A stretch of 61,112 nucleotides of DNA, the filler included, from Globobulimina sp. (lineage: Eukaryota), in NCBI GenBank assembly GCA_003354225.1. It is 17 parts of 17 records of this genome, joined end to end, with 100 filler letters (N's around TTAATTAATTAA, not from the genome) between each part and the next. Parts side by side here need not be neighbours in the genome. Positions count along the whole stretch, not along the records: positions 1 to 3,503 come from PIVH01002645.1; positions 3,604 to 7,106 come from PIVH01002646.1; positions 7,207 to 10,709 come from PIVH01002647.1; 14 more parts are not named here. One strand, 5' to 3'. The translations under genes were made by a program, and so were the position numbers. The notes under the pieces were generated by a model. It saw only the letters and a list, made by a program, of their open reading frames with translations. It was not told the DNA's origin and ran no database searches. Below are positions 1 through 10,809 of the stretch, piece after piece. Position 1 is the first letter of the stretch. Each line of letters begins with the position of its first letter.

Positions 1-95
1 ATCCAAGTCGCAGACAGCCGTCCCATAGAAGACGTCGACGCAAAAACGCAAATAAACAAAAAATTAAAAAGCAACCAACCAAGAAAGCTGAGATT

Positions 96-2612
96 GTGGC
101 GAATCAAATTAAAAATATCAAAAAGACCAACGCCTTCGTTAAATATGAACTTAAAAACGGTGAGATATGGGACTGCCGCTTTGATTCTATTAAATTGCGA
201 GAGATGGCGAAGAATTTAAAGGATTATAGAGCGATTTGGGAGGTGGAGAATTCGTGCGATATTAGTAATGTTTCGGTGTCAACAAACTCCCTCAATATTT
301 ATTGTCCGGTGAGTAAATTTATGAATTTGATCATTGGAAAACATCCCGATTATGCGAAAGCGATTAGAATTGTATACCAAAACACAAATACCCATCATCC
401 AATGCATAGACTGGTTATCCATCACTTAATCCCTTCGACGATAGTTATTAATAATAAAACAATGATGCATTTAGACCCGATAATTGGCTCCAGCACAGAG
501 ACCATGTTAATGGACCTTGATTGGGACATTCCATACCCGCGATATCTATATAATGACATTGAAATTATGTATCTCAAGAAAAGTTTAGATTGGCGACCTG
601 TAAATATGTGCTTGTTCAATCTGCCAATCCGCATTTTGAATAATAACTCATTAAATAGAATATTAACCAACAAAATTACGGCAAATATTCATTCGACATT
701 TGTATTGTATACAATTGAGTGGGCGATGAGAAATGATTATGATGTAACGAAGATTGATTATATTCCGTTGATGATGGCGTTAATTAAACCGTATGAGATT
801 AAATCAGAGCGTTTGAAAAACGCAAAGAAAGAATTAGCCGATGAACGTAGCCGTCCGTCCCCAATGAATGAAGATAATGACAAGAAATCGAGTGAGGACA
901 GTGATGACTCTGTAAATGAGGATCTTTGGTATGATGATACTATGAATGATATTAATTTGCAATGTGTGAATATCGTGAAACTGATCCAAAAGTATGCGGT
1001 GAAGGCGGAGGATATTATCATTACGAATAAAATCAAAAATAGAAGATGGTGTAGAAACACTTTATTTCATTTGAGTAATGAGACCGGCAGTGATTTAGCG
1101 TTGCCGTGGTGGTACAAACCAGATAAATGGACGAAAATGATTGAATTTGTTGCCGCGGATAACTGTATACATCATATTCGCAAACCATTTAAATCCGATA
1201 TAATATTTGAAGGAAAGAATGTGTTTATCACTCCGGTGACAATAAAAGGAATCAATCCGAAATTGATAATTGGTGACGAATCATTGGGATTTCCTACAAT
1301 GCAATTTCGATGCGGTGCGATTAGAAAATATATGATTTTACTTCGTAGCAATATGTATTTAGATTACATTACATTATCCAAAACATGTTCGTGTGGAAAA
1401 AAATTCGTTCCCCATTCAAAGTGCCAGGAACAAGCAAATTATATTAAAAAACAGATGAATAAAATAAAACAGAGACATAAATCCGGAAAAATATCAAGGG
1501 AGCAGATGGAGAGAGACATTGAAGGCATTGTATCGGTGAAATGCATTAAATGTGGCCATTGGGGTCATTATGGCAGTGACTGTGATATGGACGACAAGGA
1601 CGAGGAGTGTTGTCTATGTTTTTATAAATCGAAACATATTCGGACTTTGAACATTTGGATTTGCTCAGATTCGTATAATTTGGTAAAATTATTTGAGAAT
1701 TTGGATAATATTAATTCGATTTGGAAAGATATTAATTTTGAAAATTTGGATCATTATAAATTGATTCATTGTACATTTAATTCGGAGTTAAATTTATCGG
1801 ATTTATACAGAATTATTGACACAAATACAAATAATAAACAAATCAAATTGAACGCCGATATGGAAAATTTGACTGAATTTCCCGAGAGTTATAGTGCGGC
1901 AGTTATAAACCCCCAAATTTCACAAAATATCGATAATAATAACAAGAATAAGCCAAATCCGATGAATTCAGACAATTTATTACAAAATGACTCAGTAAAT
2001 TTGACAGCCATTCAATTATTAACGGATGGATTAACTGCTGATGATTTTGAAGATGCTTCGTCGCAAATTATCGAATTTAATGAAAATAAAAATATTGAAT
2101 TGGTTGTAAATAATTCTGGTGAACAAGAAAATGAACTATCAACCAATCCATACGTTGATGATACATTATTGGCAGGATTGAATAAAGGCATTTTGAGTGA
2201 TATAGAAACCATGGATTTTACCGATCGATATGATGCAAATAGTAAAACATTGACCAATTCGACCAATTCGACCAACAGCCAACCACCAAATGATAATTTA
2301 TATTCATTTGACAACGATCCAGAATTAAATTTAAATATTAAACATAATAAAAGTAAGAAAAGAGGTCGCAAACCTCAACCACGCAAATTGCAGCTTCATC
2401 CGGTTAAAGAAAATCCGAAATTGCCACAATATCTGAAAGCCAGAAACAAGAAAGCAACATCATTCCGAGTCAATGTGACAGATAAAATATCAAAAGTAGA
2501 CAATCAGAATGCTGCCGCAAATAAATTACCGTTCAAAAATAATCGAATTAAAAAGAAGAAACAAAATCGAAGGAAAAAAGATGAATTACCCAGCAACCAA
2601 TTAGAAAAATGA
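96..2612 (+). CDS. LINE ORF1-like (gag-like) nucleic-acid-binding protein
   Basis: 838-codon ORF; CX2CX4HX4C knuckle CIKCGHWGHYGSDC flanked by other Cys/His clusters; basic, Asn-rich disordered tail. The true start is uncertain (the track uses GTG). Confidence 0.75.
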   Translation: MANQIKNIKKTNAFVKYELKNGEIWDCRFDSIKLREMAKNLKDYRAIWEVENSCDISNVSVSTNSLNIYCPVSKFMNLIIGKHPDYAKAIRIVYQNTNTHHPMHRLVIHHLIPSTIVINNKTMMHLDPIIGSSTETMLMDLDWDIPYPRYLYNDIEIMYLKKSLDWRPVNMCLFNLPIRILNNNSLNRILTNKITANIHSTFVLYTIEWAMRNDYDVTKIDYIPLMMALIKPYEIKSERLKNAKKELADERSRPSPMNEDNDKKSSEDSDDSVNEDLWYDDTMNDINLQCVNIVKLIQKYAVKAEDIIITNKIKNRRWCRNTLFHLSNETGSDLALPWWYKPDKWTKMIEFVAADNCIHHIRKPFKSDIIFEGKNVFITPVTIKGINPKLIIGDESLGFPTMQFRCGAIRKYMILLRSNMYLDYITLSKTCSCGKKFVPHSKCQEQANYIKKQMNKIKQRHKSGKISREQMERDIEGIVSVKCIKCGHWGHYGSDCDMDDKDEECCLCFYKSKHIRTLNIWICSDSYNLVKLFENLDNINSIWKDINFENLDHYKLIHCTFNSELNLSDLYRIIDTNTNNKQIKLNADMENLTEFPESYSAAVINPQISQNIDNNNKNKPNPMNSDNLLQNDSVNLTAIQLLTDGLTADDFEDASSQIIEFNENKNIELVVNNSGEQENELSTNPYVDDTLLAGLNKGILSDIETMDFTDRYDANSKTLTNSTNSTNSQPPNDNLYSFDNDPELNLNIKHNKSKKRGRKPQPRKLQLHPVKENPKLPQYLKARNKKATSFRVNVTDKISKVDNQNAAANKLPFKNNRIKKKKQNRRKKDELPSNQLEK

Positions 2613-3043
2613 TGAGTTTAATGATTTATATTAAAAAACGTTTCCAAACCAACCGAGTCCCTATTTTTATTATATGTAAATATGTATTCTCCTTTTTTAA
2701 TTCTCCTATAATTATATCTGCATTGATGTTAATTCCCTATTCAGTTTTTTCCTTTTTGTATTATGCCAATATTACTATGTTTAGATTGAATAAAGACAGA
2801 GAACATTTTGTTATTACGGATTTGCATTTTGTGAATTTATTTCATTGCAATCCAATAATAATAATAAAATACTCTACTTTTTTCCGTTATAATTTTCCAA
2901 AATGTGTCCAATTTGTATTAATAATTCAATTTAAATCTCCGATGATTATTGGCTTAGAAGCACAGACTGATTTTATTATAATAACTATAAATAATTCACT
3001 ACAAAATGACCTAAAACTAAACCCTAAAACACTGTTATGGTAA
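2609..3043 (+). CDS. Hydrophobic 144-aa ORF bridging LINE ORF1 and ORF2
   Basis: Its ATG overlaps the ORF1 stop (AAATGATG at 2607-2614) and its stop overlaps the ORF2 start (ATGGTAA at 3037-3043). It stays open through very AT-rich DNA. Confidence 0.45.
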   Translation: MMSLMIYIKKRFQTNRVPIFIICKYVFSFFNSPIIISALMLIPYSVFSFLYYANITMFRLNKDREHFVITDLHFVNLFHCNPIIIIKYSTFFRYNFPKCVQFVLIIQFKSPMIIGLEAQTDFIIITINNSLQNDLKLNPKTLLW

Positions 3044-3503
3044 AATATAATTTATTACAATATAACATAAATGGATTAATATGCCCTACAAAAATGACAC
3101 AAGAAGATAAATGCAAGAGAATGTACCAAATAATGTGCTCAAAACAAATTGATTTCCTCTTGCTCCAAGAATGGAGTGCGACCCTCAGATATAAAGTCTC
3201 TCCGAAGGATCCGAATTATATTGACAAAAACGGCAAATCCCACACTGTCCGATTCCCAATTAACTTCTTTCCTAAATATAAAGTACATTATACAGGGACT
3301 GAAACAGCGATTCTTTACAGAGAAACACTGCTAATTACCCCTCTAAATTCGCCTTCGAACTATGATAAAAATGATCGAAGAAGAAACTGCCACATTACAA
3401 GTGTGATTCTACACTGTGGCGATCAGGATATTGGGATACATTCACTATATAATTGCCCCCGTAATCCCAATATAGACCAAATGTTTGGATATCCATTAAA
3501 TGT
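3037..3503 (+). CDS. LINE ORF2 N-terminus, AP-like endonuclease (3' partial)
   Basis: EEP/APE motifs in order: LLQYNINGL, IDFLLLQEW, TAILYR, IHSLYNCP. Confidence 0.85.
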
Positions 3504-3603
3504 NNNNNNNNNNNNNNNNNNNNNNNNNNNNNNNNNNNNNNNNNNNNTTAATTAATTAANNNNNNNNNNNNNNNNNNNNNNNNNNNNNNNNNNNNNNNNN
3601 NNN
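3504..3603. other. Artificial contig linker (first of 16)
   Basis: N-run + TTAATTAATTAA (stops in all six frames) + N-run, 100 nt. The same linker starts at 7107, 10710, 14312, 17914, 21516, 25118, 28719, 32320, 35920, 39520, 43120, 46719, 50318, 53917 and 57515. Contig lengths fall steadily from 3503 to about 3498. Confidence 0.98.
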
Positions 3604-4021
3604 CGATAGCGTAATCACGCGGCGAAAAACTATCTATCAGATTCCCATCGGCGGCGTAGAATTGAACATAGAAAAATGCGTTCGTGAAATCTGCAGTTGT
3701 TGGATTCTCGATCACTCCGGCCACTACCGCGACGGACAAATCTCCTTCCTGATGTGGCCAGAGTTCAACATCCTTGACGATCAACTGACCATAACCATCA
3801 GGCAAATCTCCATTGGGAACTCCCGTGGAGTCGCGCAGAGCCCAGGCGCCGACAACAAGAGCCAAAACGGCCGCTAGAACAACAACAAGCCCGATCTCAA
3901 GCCGAGGATTTTGGGAATCCGCAGCCCACCCTGTTTGCCAACTCAGGCATCTCGGGCACCGGCGGGCGCCCTGTTGGAGAGGCTCGCAGCAATATCTACA
4001 ATTAGGGTTCTGGTCACTCAT
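3604..4021 (-). CDS. Bacterial-type zinc-ribbon + TM + FxLYD-like protein (3' partial)
   Basis: CRYC..CPRC ribbon, a TM helix, then VAGVIENPT..VQFYAADGNLID. GC-richer than the rest of the contig, with a GGGAG Shine-Dalgarno-like motif upstream of the ATG. Confidence 0.7.
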
Positions 4022-4041
4022 TTCTCAGACGTCTCCCATTT

Positions 4042-5093
4042 CATTTGCCGATGTTCATTACACGGCAGAATTCTTCCCGTGGCACTCATACTTTTTAACC
4101 GAATTAGAAACCCAAATCCGTGCATTAGGCGGCGATTTTAAATGTTTTGCTTTGCCGTATTGGGATTTCACAAACGATGCCGGATACGATATTGCCGATG
4201 AAATGCCAATATATAACTCAGTGTTAGGTGCAGATGGAAATGCAGATGATTTTTGTGTAGAAGATGCGTTATGGAACAGAGATGTTTATCCCACCACATA
4301 TTTATGCTCAGAACAGGAAAAAGCAAATGGTATTAACTGTTGTTTAAAACGGCACCATGCAGAACGTGGACATATTCCAGACGCTGCCACAATGGCTCCA
4401 CACATTTACAATTACAGAAAATGGCGCAATTTCCAAGATGCTGTGGTCAAAGAACATACCTATGTTCATGTGTACCTGTCCGCCAATGACAATCATACGC
4501 ACATTTTTGGGCACAATGCAGCCGAGGATCCATTGTTTGTCATGTTGCACAATTTTATTATGTATATCAGAGCATTGAGGACCACGTGTTTTGGATATGA
4601 TAAAGTTATAAACGAATTGGAGCAGTATCAACCGTATGCATATGACCCCTACGAAGCATCTCGAATGGCGGATATTAAGCCTTTCTTAGATTTGGCAATG
4701 GATTTCAATGTATTGAGTGAAGCGAAATGGTCTCGAGCCTATTCGGAGGATATTACTGTTCGCAAAATATTTGATTTGAAGCAATTTGATATTAGTTACG
4801 AATTAGGCACTTTTTGGAAGGATAATGTTAAATTGCAAGAATTTTGTGGCACCAATTTAAATGAAACATGGTTTTATGATTCGGAGATTAAGAAGAATTT
4901 TCTTGTTGAAGCGTTTTCGGATGAAACCGGTTTTAAATCCAGTTTGAATCATCATTATTTTGTGAGGTATTTTATAATATTTGTAGTTTTCTTATCATTT
5001 GGGATTGTTGCAAGATTTAGAAAGAAATTATGGAATTATCAGAGAGTGTCATTGAAAGATAGTGATTGTGATAATTATTACGGAACTTTCTAG
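4042..5093 (+). CDS. Tyrosinase-family (type-3 copper) protein with C-terminal TM helix, 5' truncated
   Basis: CuA half-site VHYTAEFFPWH, LPYWDF, and CuB site EHTYVH..DPLFVMLH. The N-terminus is replaced by the bacterial-type sequence. Confidence 0.85.
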
Positions 5094-5477
5094 ATTTTGT
5101 GATAATGTGATTAATTATATTTTTGTTTTTTATGTTATTTGTATTATCTATATTGTATTTTAGATTATTTGTATTAATTTATACTTTATTTATTAATTAC
5201 ATTTATTATTATTATTTGAAACGAAACAGAATTTTCTTGTACGTTTAATTCCTGTACAGCATGAAATGGATCGATGAGATTATCGTTCGTTCGTTGTATA
5301 TAAAAATTATAAATTTTAAACTTCCAATTTATTAGTTAGTGGATATTGTGTTTTTTTAGCTGTTTGGAACAGCTAATCTGGTCAGTTAGAAAAATTCGGA
5401 ATTACAAACAGAAATTAGCAATAATTATGTAGTTTTCATTGAAATATTGTTTGCAAGAAGTGCAGAAATGTGTAATC

Positions 5478-7106
5478 TCATTTTTTTCTATCAAAATTGG
5501 AAGATTGCATTAATATTTCCATTCCATCTTTAATATTATAAAAGGATAAAGTCCGCGTATCATCATACATATCATCGGGAAGGCCTCCTTTTTTGCGATA
5601 CATTAATCTCTGATATTGAGGGTTTAATTGAAAATATCTCTTACAGAGCAACTTCAATTGAGCCACCGTCATTGCAGTGGGCAACTTCTTTTCGATGGGT
5701 TTCACCGTTATACTCTCCGGGTCCATGGATTGAATGATCACAGTCACCGCCATCAATCTCTCCTCTACCTCCGTATCCAAATTCATTACACCGTGTTTTT
5801 GCCGCAACACAATATATCGCGGATATAATTGGTCAATCCGACTCTCCTCAGCCTCCTCATCCTTATCCTCTTCCTCCTCCTCATCCGACTTATCATCGTC
5901 ATTCGCAATCTGTTTCGCAATCCATTTCAAATAAAATAATTCCGCGTCACACCGTTCATTCGCATTCACCAAACTCGCATTGCAAACTCTCAAATTTGCA
6001 ATTTTCGCAATGGCCAAATCGCGCAATGTAGAAAAACCATACTTATCTTCAAACGTATTCTGCACAAAACTCAATTGATGCAAATTTGGAAACTTATTTA
6101 GTTCATCAAACACAGAAACATCATTCCATAAATTATTCCGCATCCACAACCTGGCCAATGCAGTGAAAACACCTTGGCGATAAACGATGCGTTCAATGGC
6201 CATATAGCTGCATTGTACGTGGGTTAAATTCGGACAATATCCAAATACATCGCCAATTTCTACCCAATCAGACATTGGATTTTCGCCAATGTTTACATCT
6301 TGTAAATGTGCGAAAATCTCCGCTATCTTTGCTCCATTTGGTACACTTAATTTTGACTCATCTGCGCCAAAAGCATTTGGATTTGCAGCCATTTCATTAT
6401 TGATAATATTCATTGGCAGTCGTAAATGGTTAATATCATTTACACACAATTGCAATTCTCTTAACTTTGGTAAACATCCGTTCATAGCCAAGATGTAAAC
6501 AAACTGCCATGGTTTGAAGGTTTTCGACTTGGTGTTGTTCAGATATAAACATTGTAAATTGGCAAAGGTTCCTGCAAAGGCTGATGATAAGGAAGCAATG
6601 CTTTGGAAAGTTAAACAGTTCAATGGGTTATGACTCAAATTAATCTCAATTAAAGTGTGACTCATTGCGGACAGAGCAGTGAAAGTATGAAGGGAGGAAA
6701 TAAGATTTCGTCGGAGTTCAAGGGACTGAACTTCGGGGATGGTTTCTTTTAATTGTTGCAATGAACGCATATCAATGTGTGTTACATCATAATCCTCGAT
6801 ATTTACGGAGAGTTTTTGTTTTAAATTACATTGTCGACGGATTGATTTATCCCAGCCAACAAATTCGATCTTGTATGCGGACTCTTGTGCTATTTTTTGT
6901 TGTTCTTTGATGTCATCTTCTAAGCTCTTTGTTTTTTTTATGTGCATATTTTATTTTTGTGCATATTTATAGGTATATTTTTGTAACGTAACATCGAGAG
7001 AAAATCGATCAAGAATAACGGCTAACAAATCACGACCAAAATTTGCTTTGGCTGGCTTTATAAAGGAAGCTCTGCCTTCGTCGGTGGTGAAATATCGGTG
7101 GACCTA
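5478..7106 (-). CDS. TBCE: Tubulin-specific chaperone E (5' partial)
   Basis: End of a CAP-Gly domain (RYF..ASFIKP..NFG) at ~6993-7103, intron ~6927-6992, IEFVGWDK, LRRs, ERCDAELFYLK and a C-terminal ubiquitin-like domain. Confidence 0.9.
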
Positions 7107-7250
7107 NNNNNNNNNNNNNNNNNNNNNNNNNNNNNNNNNNNNNNNNNNNNTTAATTAATTAANNNNNNNNNNNNNNNNNNNNNNNNNNNNNNNNNNNNNN
7201 NNNNNNAAGATAGATATTAAAAATTAATGAATAGTCACATATTATAAAAT

Positions 7251-10108
7251 TTACAATATATTTTGTCTATAATTATTTTTAATTTCCTCAAGATTAAAAA
7301 TAATTTCTTCTTCACCAATTAATGTCAAATGCGTTTCAACCGAATTTGCTTTATCTGTTTGATAATCACCTAAATAAATTTTATATTCACCAGGAACAAT
7401 CCTTTCAATTCCTTTTGTATTTGTTAACGAAATAGTTTCAGGCGAAATGGATAAACTCACATTCTTAGATTGTCCTTTTTCAACATATACCCTTTGAAAA
7501 TCAAATAATTTTATCAGCGGTGCATCCGGATTGCCATCAGCATTGCTCACAAATCCCAACACCACACAGTCACTATTCACATCTCCGACATTTGTAACTT
7601 GCACAATAAACGATGTCGCTGCATCAGAATGAAAATATTTACCATTCCTATACCAATCAGCTAAAACGTTTGTTTTTGCAACATTTCTTACTGTGCTATT
7701 ATAATATTTATATGTAAAATCCGTATAAGACTCGCCATAACCAAATGGATACACTGGTGTCTCCGTATAATATCTATATGTAATACCACCATTACCCCTT
7801 AACGACATGTCAGTAATCTTCCTATTATTTGTCAACGACACATCGTAAATGGTATACGGCAACTTTCCAGCTGGTGATATATCGCCATATAATATGGCTA
7901 ATATTGCGTCACCGCCCAACTCGCCGGGATAAAACGCTTCGATTATTCCATCCACATTCATTTTGGGCCATGATATATCGATCGGCGATCCATTAATTAA
8001 CACCAACACAGTCTGTCTATTTGCTGCATATATCTGCTGTAATAAACGCAACTGATTGCCAGGGAACGTAATATTTTCTCGATCAAAGTTCTCCGCTTCC
8101 ACTGCGGTATTATAATTATCATTTCCTTGTGCAAAATTCAATGGTTCCAAGCCTAAAAAAACAACCACAACATCTACAGATTTTGCTGCAGCGATCGCAG
8201 CATTAAAGCCAGAGGTCTCAGTACAGCCTAAATCGCAGCCTTCCACACCGACGACATTCAAACCTTGTTTTTGTGCAATGACCAATGGACTGTGACTATT
8301 AACCAATGTGTTAGTGTCCACATAGGAGGATAGCATATATTGAGTGGCATTCATATGTGGTCCGATGAATGCATACTTTCTATGGGTATTCCGCGACAAT
8401 GGCAATATCTTATTCTTATTCTTCAACAAAACAATGCCTTGCGTGGCTGCATCGAGAGACAGTTTCCTATTTCGAGGACTGTCTACATACTCTGGACCGT
8501 AGCTGTTGTAATATGGTCCGGGGAAATCAATTAAACCCAACTCAATCATTCGAAACATAAACCTGTACACTGCCGTATCAATATTTTGCGCAGTGGTATA
8601 ATTTGCAACGACTGCAGCATATAAATAGGATAAATATACATCACCGATATTGGCGTCACAACCGCCTTCCAATGCAATTTTGCACCGTAATAAGGGATCG
8701 TCTTTGCCATTGTTATTGGCCAACACATAATTAGTGAACATTGGGTCTGCGATGGCGCCTTGATCGCTGATGATAAAACCATCAAATCCCCATTCTTGCC
8801 GTGCAATTTCATTCATAAAGTAGTTATTACCGCAGGCCGGCACAGAATTGATGGCCGGATACGAGCACATCATTGACCTGGCATTTGCTGTTTGTATCAC
8901 TGTCCTCCAGGCGGGCCAATAATATTCGACTTGGTCTTGTTGGTTTACAATCGCATCGAAATTCCCTCTCTCTGTTACTCCATATCTCCCACCTTCCATA
9001 TCATAATCTGCATAATGTTTCACTGTGTTACTCATCTTTAAATAACGCGTATCTTCACCATATTGGATACCATTAATATATTGCATTCCATACTGCCCTG
9101 TTAAATAAGGATCCTCGCCGGGTACTTCTTGACCTCTCCCCCTTTAACATGCAGACATGGAGACATGTAAGACTTAGTGAAGTTTTTTTTAAAAAGGTTT
9201 AATGTAAGTTATGTAACATACCATCGTGGGTCTCTGAATAGATTAATATCGGGAGAATAACAATATAAGCCACCAATACCTTGGTTGTTTAGAGCTCTCC
9301 CTTCATCTGATATGGCTGCGCCAATGCTATGCCACAAGGATCGATTATAAGTAGCGCCTAACAAAAGACTATGTGGAAAACTAGAGGGACAGCCTGTATT
9401 ACCATTATATTTCTCGCCACAATCTGTCCGAATACCATGCAAACATTCCAATTGCATATTTGCCGGCACTCCCAAGCGTGGAACGCCAATATTACCATAC
9501 GCTAAATTACTAACTTTCTCATACAAAGTCATTCTTGATAATAAATCTTTGACTCTATCATGTGTCGGCATGTTTGCATTGCAATAATCATATGTGTTAT
9601 ATGGTGGTTGGGAGCAATTGCGCGCTGCATACTTATTTGCGGTTAAACACAATGATTGATTCATATTTGACACAATATAATTTCGACCATTGGGATTGAT
9701 TTGCCATTGTTGCAAATCATCATTGTTATAACCAATATTGCAATGTAATACAGTTACCATTGCATAATCTTGTGCGCCCATTGGTGTCGCACATAAATTA
9801 TTTACCACTAAATTGACTGCCTTGCCATTTACTGGCTTGGCGCTCCATTGTTCCATATAATTAGACGCACTGCAACCTGTTGATGTGACTGGGAAGAAAC
9901 CGGGAGTGCAATAACCAACATTACTGCATTCTAAACATGTGTTTGTGTCTTGTGTTAATCGTAATGTTTTATCTGATCCCAGGGTAAATTTCTGATAAGC
10001 ATCATATTTACCACATTCGTTTAATGTCAGCCAAACATGGCCAGGCGATACTGTTTGGGAGTAACCATATGCAATGAGCACAGCGCACGTGACCAATAAC
10101 ACCATCAT
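7251..10108 (-). CDS. Secreted GH3 beta-xylosidase/glucosidase with N-terminal ricin-B-like lectin domain
   Basis: Signal peptide and QxW repeats. An intron at 9142-9221 restores RDPRWGRGQEVPGED. Also KHY, the nucleophile motif IISDQGAI, IVLLKN, and a C-terminal Fn3-like domain. Confidence 0.92.
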
Positions 10109-10167
10109 TTAATGTTTTTTTTCAAGGTTTATAAATACTTTCAACGTATTATTGGTACTAACAACTA

Positions 10168-10709
10168 TGGCTTCGTTCAAGCAATCCACACAGTCTTGCA
10201 TCCATTCTGCGAATAGCCTCATTGATTTGATACCTTTGTTGAGTCATATCCCTTTGGATGCAATCAAAGCGTTTGCCAGTCAACAATTTGAATCATTGAA
10301 CAATAACTCGTTGCGAACAGCATATTATAATTCTTTATCAATCACTGATATATTTCCAGATGATATTACGCAACATATGTTATCATTTGCTGGATTTTAT
10401 GGTACAATGTCAGTCAGTAAAACGTGGAAAAAATGTTCAGAACAAAATGTAAAAAATTATTTAAACAAATCATATGAATCAATACAATCTCAAAATGAAA
10501 TAAAATATGATGACACAGAAAATGTGACTATAATTGTTGATCAGAAGAGACCGCATTTGCATAAAATAGAAAACGAATTAGGTTTTGTAATACTAGTAAA
10601 TAATTTGTATTCTGCATTAAATGACTGTGGCGATGTTGACAGAATATTGATACATAACGGACATTATAAATTGGATAAAGGTGCAGATATTGGTAATATT
10701 CAATTGATT
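10168..10709 (+). CDS. F-box-like / beta-helix protein (3' partial)
   Basis: SITDIFPDDITQHMLSF resembles an F-box; LYSAL..DRILIHNGHY resembles the start of a right-handed beta-helix. Confidence 0.45.
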
Positions 10710-10809
10710 NNNNNNNNNNNNNNNNNNNNNNNNNNNNNNNNNNNNNNNNNNNNTTAATTAATTAANNNNNNNNNNNNNNNNNNNNNNNNNNNNNNNNNNN
10801 NNNNNNNNN

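Larger units (their letters stand above)
1..3503 (+). mobile_element. 5' part of a non-LTR retrotransposon (LINE, APE type)
   Basis: Short 5' leader, long intronless ORF1 with a CCHC knuckle, then ORF2 starting with an AP-endonuclease domain. The RT domain would lie beyond the contig end. Confidence 0.8.

Noticed and set aside
3813-4041. N-terminal extension of the 426-aa tyrosinase ORF
   Set aside because: It is the antisense reading of the bacterial-type gene, not tyrosinase sequence.
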